Assembly (NCBI GenBank): GCA_965215885.1
Contig: CBDCEW010000060.1
Location: 1-18,225, forward strand
Source of the DNA: Candidatus Moanibacter sp.
GTDB lineage: Bacteria > Verrucomicrobiota > Verrucomicrobiia > Opitutales > UBA2987
DNA: 18,225 bases
Reading direction: 5' to 3'
In this document: positions 7,982 to 16,437 of the stretch, one piece after another
Numbering within the stretch: the first letter of the stretch is position 1
Layout of the letters: the number at the start of each line of letters is the position of its first letter
Notes under the pieces: generated by a model
Told to the model about the DNA's origin: nothing
Seen by the model: only the letters and a program-made list of their open reading frames with translations
The model's database searches: none
Program-made: the position numbers and the translations under genes

Positions 7982-10355
7982 CAGACCTCACTATATTGCC
8001 CCTCTAAAGGCACTATGCAATCGCAAGTTTAAATCCCGATTTTTTGCCCAGTCGGAAGATGATTCTTCGGCCTGAACCGTCGGGCATCAGTAAGGGCTTC
8101 TCATTGAGAGTTTGCAGATACTCAAGCACCACCGGCTGCACCCGAGGGGGATAAGTTGCGGTGGGGAATAAATGCGCTTCGACCGCACAGCCCCTCTCTA
8201 TAAGAACGCCGTCACTGTGAGTCAAATTGCGAAACAGATCGTGGTCGTCACGATAGTTGTTGTAGCGAGCTTTAAAGGGTTCGAGCTGCTTGTAGAAGCT
8301 GTTACGGGCGAAGATTTTCAAGGCATCCATGAGGGACTTGTTAGCGGTGTCCAGGCGGACATAGTTTTCATCAATGAGGCGCTGCAGCCTCGAGCATTCG
8401 GTGTCGATTTGCTCCAGTTCGAGTTGGAGGGCTTTGAGGGCCTGATCGAGTCGACGGATCTTTTCGCCCCTTGAGGCGCTTTTGCCCGGGTGGGCATGCT
8501 CGGCCAGGAGCAGTCTTTTCAATTCTTCGGTGCATTGCTGTTTTTGCTTCAGGAGGGCTTTGGCGGCACCGCTTTTCTCCTGCTTGTCCTCAAGGTGTTG
8601 GGCTAATCGCTTGTAGTGGACGGTGCGATAAGAGGTGATCTGATTAATCCCAAAGTGCTTATCGAGGTATTTGAAGTCATTCTCCTGAATCCAGCGACTG
8701 AACATCCCTTTGATTACCTCTTCATTTCGGGCCTGCTGATCGGTCGCCAGGATGCTCACGGTAATGGTTCGATTTTTTGGATTGGTCGCCTCCACGATCC
8801 ACTGCACCAGTTGAGGATTTTTCTTCCAGGGGCCCCGCTGATAGCGAAGATGATACTCCTGGAGATCTTCGGCATGGTTGCGCGCGCGCTGCAGGCGCAA
8901 CTGCCCGTCGATCCGTTGGAGGGGCTGGGCGCTGGCCTTGTAACCTTTTTCCCAGGTAATGATTTCGAGTTGAGGATGCTCCACGATGGCTTCGTAAAAC
9001 CACTCCGCGGCGATCGCCCGGTCCACGTAAATGCTCACCTTCTTATCAGCCGGCAACTGCACCAGCTCGAGCATCGCTTCGCAGTTGGGGATAAACCGTT
9101 CCCTTATATCCTCATAGTTGTCGGTACTCGCAAAATAGATCGGATAGCCCTTGAGGGTATGAATAAAATCGCTGTGGAGCGCTTTGTCGGCCAGACGGAT
9201 ACCCGGACACCATCCCGCCAGCACCTTGCTCATTCCGGTGTAATGTTTGGTGTGCGGATCATAATAAAAGCTCTCTTCATCCGAAGCATTCAGGCCCCTC
9301 GCGTTCACTCTGAGGATCTCTCTTAAAAGCCCTTCATCGGCCAGGGCGCTAAGGCTTTGGCGTTGCAGATAGGGGGTATACAGGACTCGCCCGATGAGTT
9401 TTTGCAGGTCTTCGAGATCGAGCAGTTTGCTCTGCTCGATATTGACCGCGGCCAACAACCCGCAAGCCACCCATTGTTTCAAAAGCCAGCCCTCTTCGCG
9501 ATCAATCTGAGCGACTTCTCTGAGCGCGGCACTGAACAGAAGTACTCCCAGGTGCCGATACCATTGCACCGCTTCGGAGCTCTCCCTCGAAAAATCGGGA
9601 GACCCCTTGCGATTGTCCCCTTCGCTTTCGGGGCTATTTTCTGCTTCTTGCTCCTGTTCGTCCCTCCCCGAGTCCTCCGGGCAATCCCAGGGAGTCTCCC
9701 GATTTTGCGCCCTCTCGGCTTCGGCCTCCTTTGCCCGGGCCTCTTTAAGCTCCTTAAAGACAGGGCGCAAAGTTTCCCCACTGAGGTTAACTCCGAACAC
9801 CTCCTCGATCTCCCCCCGTATCTTCTTGCTGTAGCCATACCGACTCTCCCCATAGATCTGCCCGAAGCGCACCCGCCCAAAACTCCGGATTTCCCTCGTC
9901 AATTTGCGATGAGCGCTGCGTCCCGCCAGCACTCGCGCTAAGGTCTCGGCATCTCCGCTTTGAAGCGCCTCCCCCCACCGCTTCATCGTTTTGGGGTCAA
10001 CCTCAAATTGCTTCTCTAAGCGCCCTTTCTTCAACCCCGCATTGTAGAGGCGCCCCACCAATAGCTTGAATTCAACTTGCTCCCGATCGTCCTCTACGAC
10101 TTCAAAAAGCTCATGCCCGTAATAGACGTGCAGTTTGCCTTCGCTCAGATCCCGATAGACCGTGATCGAGGGATGACCCTTGTCCACTCCAAGGATGCAC
10201 TGTAAGAAGGTCTCTTCTTTGACGGTAGGTTTCTCCATTTTTCTTCGAATTTGATGGTTCGAAGATGAAGCCTACCGTTTTCTTTAGCTCTTAAAAGCCG
10301 GGAATTGTATCTGCGATTGCCCCCTGCCCGCCAACCCGCATGATAGCGAGTTCTG
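7982..10355 (-). mobile_element. Insertion sequence (2374 bp), family unassigned
   Basis: TIRs CAGACCTCACTAT (7982-7994) and ATAGCGAGTTCTG (10343-10355), 11/13 match; 5-bp direct repeat AGGAT at 7977-7981 and 10356-10360. Confidence 0.85.
8013..10238 (-). CDS. Large DDE transposase (741 aa)
   Basis: N-terminal HTH-like segments (FEVDPKTMKRW, LSGETLR); putative catalytic residues in FYYDPH, IYVDRA and RWIQENDFK; coiled-coil-like stretch after the Glu; fills the TIR-bounded unit. Confidence 0.85.
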   Translation of the reverse strand: MEKPTVKEETFLQCILGVDKGHPSITVYRDLSEGKLHVYYGHELFEVVEDDREQVEFKLLVGRLYNAGLKKGRLEKQFEVDPKTMKRWGEALQSGDAETLARVLAGRSAHRKLTREIRSFGRVRFGQIYGESRYGYSKKIRGEIEEVFGVNLSGETLRPVFKELKEARAKEAEAERAQNRETPWDCPEDSGRDEQEQEAENSPESEGDNRKGSPDFSRESSEAVQWYRHLGVLLFSAALREVAQIDREEGWLLKQWVACGLLAAVNIEQSKLLDLEDLQKLIGRVLYTPYLQRQSLSALADEGLLREILRVNARGLNASDEESFYYDPHTKHYTGMSKVLAGWCPGIRLADKALHSDFIHTLKGYPIYFASTDNYEDIRERFIPNCEAMLELVQLPADKKVSIYVDRAIAAEWFYEAIVEHPQLEIITWEKGYKASAQPLQRIDGQLRLQRARNHAEDLQEYHLRYQRGPWKKNPQLVQWIVEATNPKNRTITVSILATDQQARNEEVIKGMFSRWIQENDFKYLDKHFGINQITSYRTVHYKRLAQHLEDKQEKSGAAKALLKQKQQCTEELKRLLLAEHAHPGKSASRGEKIRRLDQALKALQLELEQIDTECSRLQRLIDENYVRLDTANKSLMDALKIFARNSFYKQLEPFKARYNNYRDDHDLFRNLTHSDGVLIERGCAVEAHLFPTATYPPRVQPVVLEYLQTLNEKPLLMPDGSGRRIIFRLGKKSGFKLAIA

Positions 10356-10405
10356 AGGATAGGTAACCCTTGACAGGTCGGACTCTGAAAAGCTCTTATT
10401 CAGGT

Positions 10406-11653
10406 ATGGCTTTGCGGTTGGACAAGGTTGTTTTGCGCGGCGAGGTTGATAACACCGAACAGGGGCAAGTGGTGGGTAGACTGTGGCTGATGGAACGTGA
10501 CGAACCGGTCGTGCTCTCGCTGCGCGGGAATGCCTGGCGCGATGTTGCGGGGCGGAAAATCACCTTTACCAATCCCCGGCCGGAAGGGCAGTCCACGTCC
10601 GCTTCGCTCCACGCCAGGCAGGACGGTCTGACGGGCGACATCACGGCCTCGAAGAAAGTGAAAGTATTCACCGTCCCGGAGGAGGAATGGCTGGAGGCTT
10701 ATGAGGAACGCCGCGTAAAGGAGGTGCCTGCGGAGTGGCGCAACGCCCTCTATCTTGAGTGGTTTTCGGAGACTAACGGGCGGGTCGTGATCGAGAGCGC
10801 CGAATTCGAAATCAAGATTTCGGAGGGAGCCTGGGAGATGGACGAGGTGGCGGAGGAGGCACAGAAAATGGCCAACTTGCAAGCAATGCGCGATTGGCTG
10901 GCGGGGATCATCCAGCGATCGGAGCCGAAGAGCGATTACGAGTACGAGGAGGGATTCGATGACGACGAGGATGCCTGGGAGGCATCGCTGAAGGAATCGG
11001 ACCGCCTCGGGGACGCCCACATGGAGGCGCTGGAGAAATTCGGCCACGAGGCCATCGGCGACGATCGAGTGGCCTTCGTGATGGGTTGGGACCACATGCT
11101 CCGTGGAAACAGAAAAGATGGCGCCGACGACGAAGAAGAGGCGGATGAGGGGGAAATCTGGAAAGCCGGTGACGAGTATGACTTTGTAGCGGAGGCCGAG
11201 TCGGAGATCGATGAGGAAGATACCGAAGCGCGGCGGGAAAGGCGGGAGCGAGAGCGCCACCCTCTGCAGCGCAGGTCCAGTGAACTGGTGATACGCATCC
11301 TAAAAGAGCTGGAAGACGTCTCGCGCGAGGAATTCGGCGGTGAAACGGGCGATACGCCGCTGGACCTGTTCATCCGCAACACGATGAACATCAGTGGGAA
11401 GCTGGCCGGCGCGCTCAACCACCGGGATTTCGAGGACGCGGGAAGCATGGAAATGAAGGGCTACACGCTCGCCATCCTGCGCCGCTGCCTGAACTGGGCC
11501 AATGACGCGCTCTCAGCCTTGAATACCCTGATGGAATCTTCTGCTTGGAAGGACAGGTTGGAAACGCTCGAGGATTACCAATCCGAGCTGTTTGCCATCC
11601 GCGCCGGAATTACAGATCTGCGCAGGGATTTGCGGGAGGACAGGAGGAGATAA
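10406..11653 (+). CDS. Acidic hypothetical protein (415 aa)
   Basis: Long ORF with host-like codon use; likely start ATG 10406 (MALRLDKVVLRGEVDN); beta-rich N-terminus, Asp/Glu-rich linker, helical C-terminus. Confidence 0.85.
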   Translation: MALRLDKVVLRGEVDNTEQGQVVGRLWLMERDEPVVLSLRGNAWRDVAGRKITFTNPRPEGQSTSASLHARQDGLTGDITASKKVKVFTVPEEEWLEAYEERRVKEVPAEWRNALYLEWFSETNGRVVIESAEFEIKISEGAWEMDEVAEEAQKMANLQAMRDWLAGIIQRSEPKSDYEYEEGFDDDEDAWEASLKESDRLGDAHMEALEKFGHEAIGDDRVAFVMGWDHMLRGNRKDGADDEEEADEGEIWKAGDEYDFVAEAESEIDEEDTEARRERRERERHPLQRRSSELVIRILKELEDVSREEFGGETGDTPLDLFIRNTMNISGKLAGALNHRDFEDAGSMEMKGYTLAILRRCLNWANDALSALNTLMESSAWKDRLETLEDYQSELFAIRAGITDLRRDLREDRRR

Positions 11654-11676
11654 GAGGAAGAGTGATAGGGCATTGA

Positions 11677-11742
11677 CCGCGTCGTTGCCGACGCGGCTAC
11701 GGGGAATCTTCTTTGTCGTAAACCTTGTCGTGAGCTTTGTCG
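11677..11742 (-). repeat. 66-bp repeat, copy 2: GTAG-REP palindrome plus degenerate 12-bp tandem units
   Basis: The 24-nt REP core is identical to 7750-7773 and in the same orientation. Confidence 0.85.
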
Positions 11743-11879
11743 AAACCTCAGCGAAATCGATAAGCTTAGTCGGTGATTTTAGATTACGACAAAAGATCGA
11801 ACCAATTCCCGCTCTCCCATCGTGCCCCCCAATCGTAGTCACCCGTCGATCTCTTCGTCCCCATTCGTTGCCCTTCATT

Positions 11880-11899
11880 TCCCGGCGTGCCGGGACTAC
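11880..11899 (-). repeat. Second type of GTAG-REP-like palindrome
   Basis: Minus strand GTAG-TCCCGGC-AC-GCCGGGA. Confidence 0.5.
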
Positions 11900-12037
11900 C
11901 TCATCCTCTCCCATAGCGTCTCTCAATCGTGTTTCTTCGGTCGATCTTCTCTTTTCGATTTTCGATTACGCTTGTATTGCGGATTTCGATTGTGTGCGGG
12001 TAACCGACAATGTCGAATATGTTGATTTTGGCAAACC

Positions 12038-12065
12038 GTCTGATACAAGAAATCGGGTATCTGAC
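12038..12065. promoter_or_regulatory. Possible repressor operator (GntR/FadR-like) upstream of the dehydratase
   Basis: Inverted repeat GTCTGATAC (12038-12046) / GTATCTGAC (12057-12065), 8/9 match, ending 17 nt before the ATG. Confidence 0.35.
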
Positions 12066-12082
12066 AAACTCGAGTAATTGAT

Positions 12083-13270
12083 ATGGAAATCACTCATCTC
12101 AAAGTGTTCGTCCTGAACACGGGTCGCGAATCCAGTTGGGGAACCGGTTGGCATAAGAATACACAGGTCATAAAAATCTATACCGATGAAGGCGTGGACG
12201 GGTTGGGAGAGGCGTTTCACAGTCTCGACGAACCGATTGAAGGATCGCTCGTGAAGTATGAGCGCTGGCTAATCGGGAAGGATCCCCGACACATCCTGTG
12301 GAACTGGCAGGCACTCTACCGGGGATTGCGGTATCCACTGGGTACGACGGAGCTGGCGGCCCTGAGCGCGGTCGAGCAGGGCTTGTGGGACATTGCGGGG
12401 AAAGCCTGTGGTCTTCCGGTGCACCGGATGCTTGGCGGGCCCACCCGGGATCGGATCCGCCTCTACGCCAGCGGCTACCTCTGCCAGCCCCGACATTTCG
12501 ATTTGCCCGGCGACGACCTGGTCGGCGCCTGCAAGGCCCGCATTGATGAGGGATTTACGGCGGTAAAGTTCACGCCGCAACCGGACGATTACCAGGGTAA
12601 GAGCACGGAATACGTGCACCGCGCGGCGGTGGAACGGGTGCGATCGGTTCGCGAAGCCCTCGGAGATGATCCGGATATCTGCCTGGACTATCATGGCCGC
12701 AGTTTTTCCGTTACGGAAGCGGTGCGCCTGGCCCAAGCCATTGAAAGCTATCATCCTCTCTTTCTGGAAGAGCCGGCGCTGACGGAAAATCCGGACGCAC
12801 TGGTGGAGGCGAAAATGAAGACGACGATTCCTATTGCGGGAGGGGAGCGTTGCGTGAACCGGGAGCAACTCCGGAATCTGATGGAGAAACGGGCGCTGCA
12901 CGTATTGCAACCCGAACCCACCTGTAACGGCGGAATTCTCGAGACCGTGAAATGGGCTTTTCTCTGTGAAATCTATCACGTGGTGGTGGCGCCACATCAG
13001 GCCTGTGGACCCGTATCCCTCCTTGTCAATTGCCACATTGATGCGAGCATTCCGAACTTCCTCATCCAGGAGTGCAACCTGGACCTTGAAGATCCCTTCT
13101 ACAAGGATCTCTTCCATCCCATGCCGGTCGTTGAGGAGGGACACCTGAAGCTCTCAGAGGCGCCTGGAATCGGTATCGAACTCAACGAGGAGGCGGCAAA
13201 AAAGTATGCGAGAAAGCCCTACGATCGCCCGGTGGTGATCAATGCCGACGGCTCGATCGGTCTGGAGTAG
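12083..13270 (+). CDS. Mandelate racemase/enolase-superfamily acid-sugar dehydratase (galactonate dehydratase-like)
   Basis: 395 aa; SAVEQGLWDIAGK, LGG..RDRIRLYA, VKF, metal ligands in DYHGR / FLEEP / GGER, APHQ, LIQE, PGIGIEL. Confidence 0.9.
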   Translation: MEITHLKVFVLNTGRESSWGTGWHKNTQVIKIYTDEGVDGLGEAFHSLDEPIEGSLVKYERWLIGKDPRHILWNWQALYRGLRYPLGTTELAALSAVEQGLWDIAGKACGLPVHRMLGGPTRDRIRLYASGYLCQPRHFDLPGDDLVGACKARIDEGFTAVKFTPQPDDYQGKSTEYVHRAAVERVRSVREALGDDPDICLDYHGRSFSVTEAVRLAQAIESYHPLFLEEPALTENPDALVEAKMKTTIPIAGGERCVNREQLRNLMEKRALHVLQPEPTCNGGILETVKWAFLCEIYHVVVAPHQACGPVSLLVNCHIDASIPNFLIQECNLDLEDPFYKDLFHPMPVVEEGHLKLSEAPGIGIELNEEAAKKYARKPYDRPVVINADGSIGLE

Positions 13271-13365
13271 GCGTGGATCAGTCTAAACTCGAAGAGCGCT
13301 GCGATTCTGGTTGGTAGCGAGGCAGCCTCTTCGAAAATAGAAGGGGTCTTGATCAGGGATAGTAT

Positions 13366-14874
13366 TTAGCCTTTTTGCAGCCAGGATTCGATCAGTTGTT
13401 CGTCCGCATCCGTCCACGGCTTGATATCCTCGATACAGAGTCGGTCAAAGCCGCTATAGATACGTGCCATCGTATCTCCGTAGGTTCCGGCCTTTTTTGT
13501 TGCCGCGCGCCACCGGGTGAAATTCTCGCGATCGTATTGTTTTGCTCGGGCGTCGATTCCGGCGCAGTCGAAATTCCCCGCGAGGATCGCATCGAGCTGC
13601 GCTGCGATTTCAGGACGCTTCGTCGCAAGGTTCGTTGTCTCCCATGGATCCGCCACGAGGTCGAAGAGCTCGGGTGAAAATCCCGTATGTACGATGGACT
13701 TCCATTGGCCGCGCCGGAGCATAAAGGTGCCGGTAGCGCAACGGTCGCCGTGGTATGCGCAAAACGCCCACTCGCGCCGACGCGCGACATTTCCGGTGAG
13801 TTGCGGCAGGAGAGACTCGCCATCAAGGGTTTCGGGAAATCTCGGCAGTTCCTTGATATCAGCGTATCGAATCCCGCCCATATCCAATAGGGTAGGCTAG
13901 AGATCGATGAGGGAGACGGGAGTCTTCACTCTCACCCCACGCCTCACCTCCGGACCGCGCACGATCAGGGGCACATGGGTGGAAGGTTCGTACATGGTGC
14001 GCTTGAGTATCTGATTCTGCTCGCCGGCCATCTCGCCGTGATCGCTGGAAAAGACAACATAGGTCGTCTCCTTGAGACCCAGGGTGTCGAGGGTATGGAG
14101 GACCAGTCCGATCATCTCATCTAGAGCCGCGATCATGGCAAAATAGATGTGCCGGATTTCCCGGACGATGGATTCGGAGAATTGCTGGTCGCAGTTTTTC
14201 GTGATCCGAGCATAAGTGACGGCGGGGTGATCGCGGCCATCGATCGAAGTCAGTGCGGGAGGAATGTCGATCGCCTCTTCGTCGATCAAAGCCATATGCC
14301 TGCCCTCGGCCACAAAGGGAGGGTGGACCAGCCCCGTCGTGAGGTAGAGCAGGAAGGGACGGTCTCCACCGGCCGCCTCCTTCAACCAGGTATTCGCTTC
14401 CTCGATCCATTTACGGTCCTTCTGGTTGGCTGTGCCGTCTTCCACAACGGTTGGCATAGGCGTGCGTGAGATGGGGCGACGAATGTGGGCGGCTCGGGTC
14501 CATGAACCGACCCGGTCGCGAATCGAGTGTTTCCCGTAGGTGTAGTCGAGCGGGCCGATGGCGGCGGTCCGATACCCGGCGCTGTCAAATGCAGTGCGAA
14601 AAGTCGGCACGTCTTCGGCGAGGCCTTCGTGGTTGTTCCAGCAGTTGTAATAGTTGGGATACTTGCCGCTCCACATGCTGGCCCGTGAAGGATTGCAGAC
14701 CGGGCAATTCGTATATGCATTGGTAAACATCACCCCCTCCGTGGCCAGGCTGTCGAGGTTGGGGGTCGCCTTGCCTAAGGCGGGGTGCCCCATGCACCCC
14801 AGAATGCGGCCGTCGAGACTCTCCGCGTGGATGAAGACGATGTTGGAGCGTGTGTTGTCGGGTGTCTGATTCAT
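13366..14874 (-). pseudogene. Formylglycine-type (S1) sulfatase, arylsulfatase K-like, interrupted by an in-frame TAG at 13899-13897
   Basis: CNPSRASMWSG (CxPxR), SDHGEM and ELFDL..DP.E..NL motifs; the two track ORFs are in one frame joined as LIDL*PTLLDMGG; start ATG 14874. Confidence 0.85.
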
Positions 14875-15003
14875 GGTAGTTCTTCTGGAGAACGCATGCA
14901 CGTTCTTGCGAACGCGGTTACAGTTGCTGTTTCATCGAAATCCTCCCGAATTCCGCTGCGATCTAAGAAGAGCCTGTTCGAATAGGGTAAATCCTCACAG
15001 CGG

Positions 15004-16275
15004 TCAGCGCTCGGTGAGAAACTGGGAGAGCTTCGGAGTATCGAGTGTCCGTGTGATTCGAAAGCTGCCGGCTGGTCCGCAGGGATGCCCGCTGTAGATG
15101 AAGATGTGTTGAACACCGTTCTCTTCATCGATGACCGTGCCGGTGGGATGAAAGCCGTCCGCCGTGCCGTAGAATTCCGCTTCGTCTGGTTTTCGAGCGA
15201 AGATCGTCCCTTCAAACCGCCACTCGGCCGATTCCCATTCCGCGGGATCGATGCTCCAGAGGGCGACGAGCATTTTCTCGCGCACGCTTCGTACCGACTC
15301 GAATCGTTTTGTCACCGGATTGTAGTCAAAGCCGATATCCTCGACGCTGCTGGGCTGGCGCATGTTTGCGCGCCGCACATCGACGGGCTTCCCGCCCGAG
15401 ACCCGGATTTGCAGGTGGGAGGTACGCGCTAGCTCATCTCTTGCCATGATGAATATTTCGTCGTCGTGGATGAGAGCGGCGGGTTCATACTGTGCCGCCC
15501 AGTGTGGAAGGGGATGGATTGTCTTTTCCCATGTTCTGCCGTCGTCCCGCGAAGTGAGAAGGACGAAGTCGCTCCGCGTTGTCTCGACCGGACCGTCGAC
15601 TGGGTTTGGAAACTTGTCGCTCTTTCCGTAGCCTACGGTATTTCCAAAGGCGCAGAGACCGATATCGGGATGGTCGACGATCCGTGGGCCGACATAAATG
15701 ATATCCCCGTCGGTAATGTCCTCGCGAAATTGCTCTGGGAGATGTTCCCAGGTCTTCCCTTTATCCTCCGAACGGAAGGCGCCGTAGTTGCAGAGAATGA
15801 CGACCGTTCCGGCACGCGAGGTGCCGAGGCCATTGAGGTGGAGCTTATATCCCTCCTTGCTTTGGTTGAGGGGACCGTACTTGTAGCGATGGGATAGGGG
15901 AATCAATCCGCCCCGATCGCGGTATCCCGGCGCCATCGCGTCACGCAGATTGAAGGATTCCGTCCAGGTCTTTCCGCCGTCGGCGCTCGTTGTGGTCATG
16001 GTGAAACTCGAATGTTCATCGGCATTTCCAGCTCCCCATGGATTGTGACCGGTCATTCTGCGGTGGATGAGGACGAGCGTGTCACCCGATTTCGTGGCCT
16101 CTGCAAACCCGAGATGGTTGTTGTCTCCGAGGGGTTGTTCGGGCAGTACGACTGTGCCGAAATCGATGAGGCCCTGCCTGGCCCCTTCCTCAAAGGTTGC
16201 GAGCTGTTCGTCGGTGGTGTCGAGCAGTTCCAAGACGAGGGGGCTCAATCTGTGCTTCAGTGAATTTGCGCTCAT
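15004..16275 (-). CDS. BNR/Asp-box beta-propeller protein (sialidase-like fold)
   Basis: 423 aa; Asp-boxes SADGGKTW, SEDKGKTW, SRDDGRTW; no evident signal peptide. Confidence 0.8.
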   Translation of the reverse strand: MSANSLKHRLSPLVLELLDTTDEQLATFEEGARQGLIDFGTVVLPEQPLGDNNHLGFAEATKSGDTLVLIHRRMTGHNPWGAGNADEHSSFTMTTTSADGGKTWTESFNLRDAMAPGYRDRGGLIPLSHRYKYGPLNQSKEGYKLHLNGLGTSRAGTVVILCNYGAFRSEDKGKTWEHLPEQFREDITDGDIIYVGPRIVDHPDIGLCAFGNTVGYGKSDKFPNPVDGPVETTRSDFVLLTSRDDGRTWEKTIHPLPHWAAQYEPAALIHDDEIFIMARDELARTSHLQIRVSGGKPVDVRRANMRQPSSVEDIGFDYNPVTKRFESVRSVREKMLVALWSIDPAEWESAEWRFEGTIFARKPDEAEFYGTADGFHPTGTVIDEENGVQHIFIYSGHPCGPAGSFRITRTLDTPKLSQFLTER

Positions 16276-16437
16276 AAAATCTGTTTGTAAATGTTATGAA
16301 GGAGAAATGCTTCCGCATTCCTCTACCATTTCTATAGTTCTCTTCATTGCAATTTCAAGCCTGAGAGTGCTCAAGGTTTTCGGGTTAGAGAATCAAACGC
16401 CCTTTGACCGATTGATCTGAATCTCGCGTTTAGCCGG

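Noticed and set aside
10370..10405. TTG start at 10370 for the acidic protein, or a sigma70 promoter at TTGACA 10370-10375
   Set aside because: ATG 10406 gives a more plausible N-terminus, and no good -10 box lies 16-18 nt after the TTGACA.
13897..13899. Pyrrolysine insertion or genome-wide TAG recoding
   Set aside because: TAG ends several intact genes here, the position is normally Tyr, and no pyl genes are visible.
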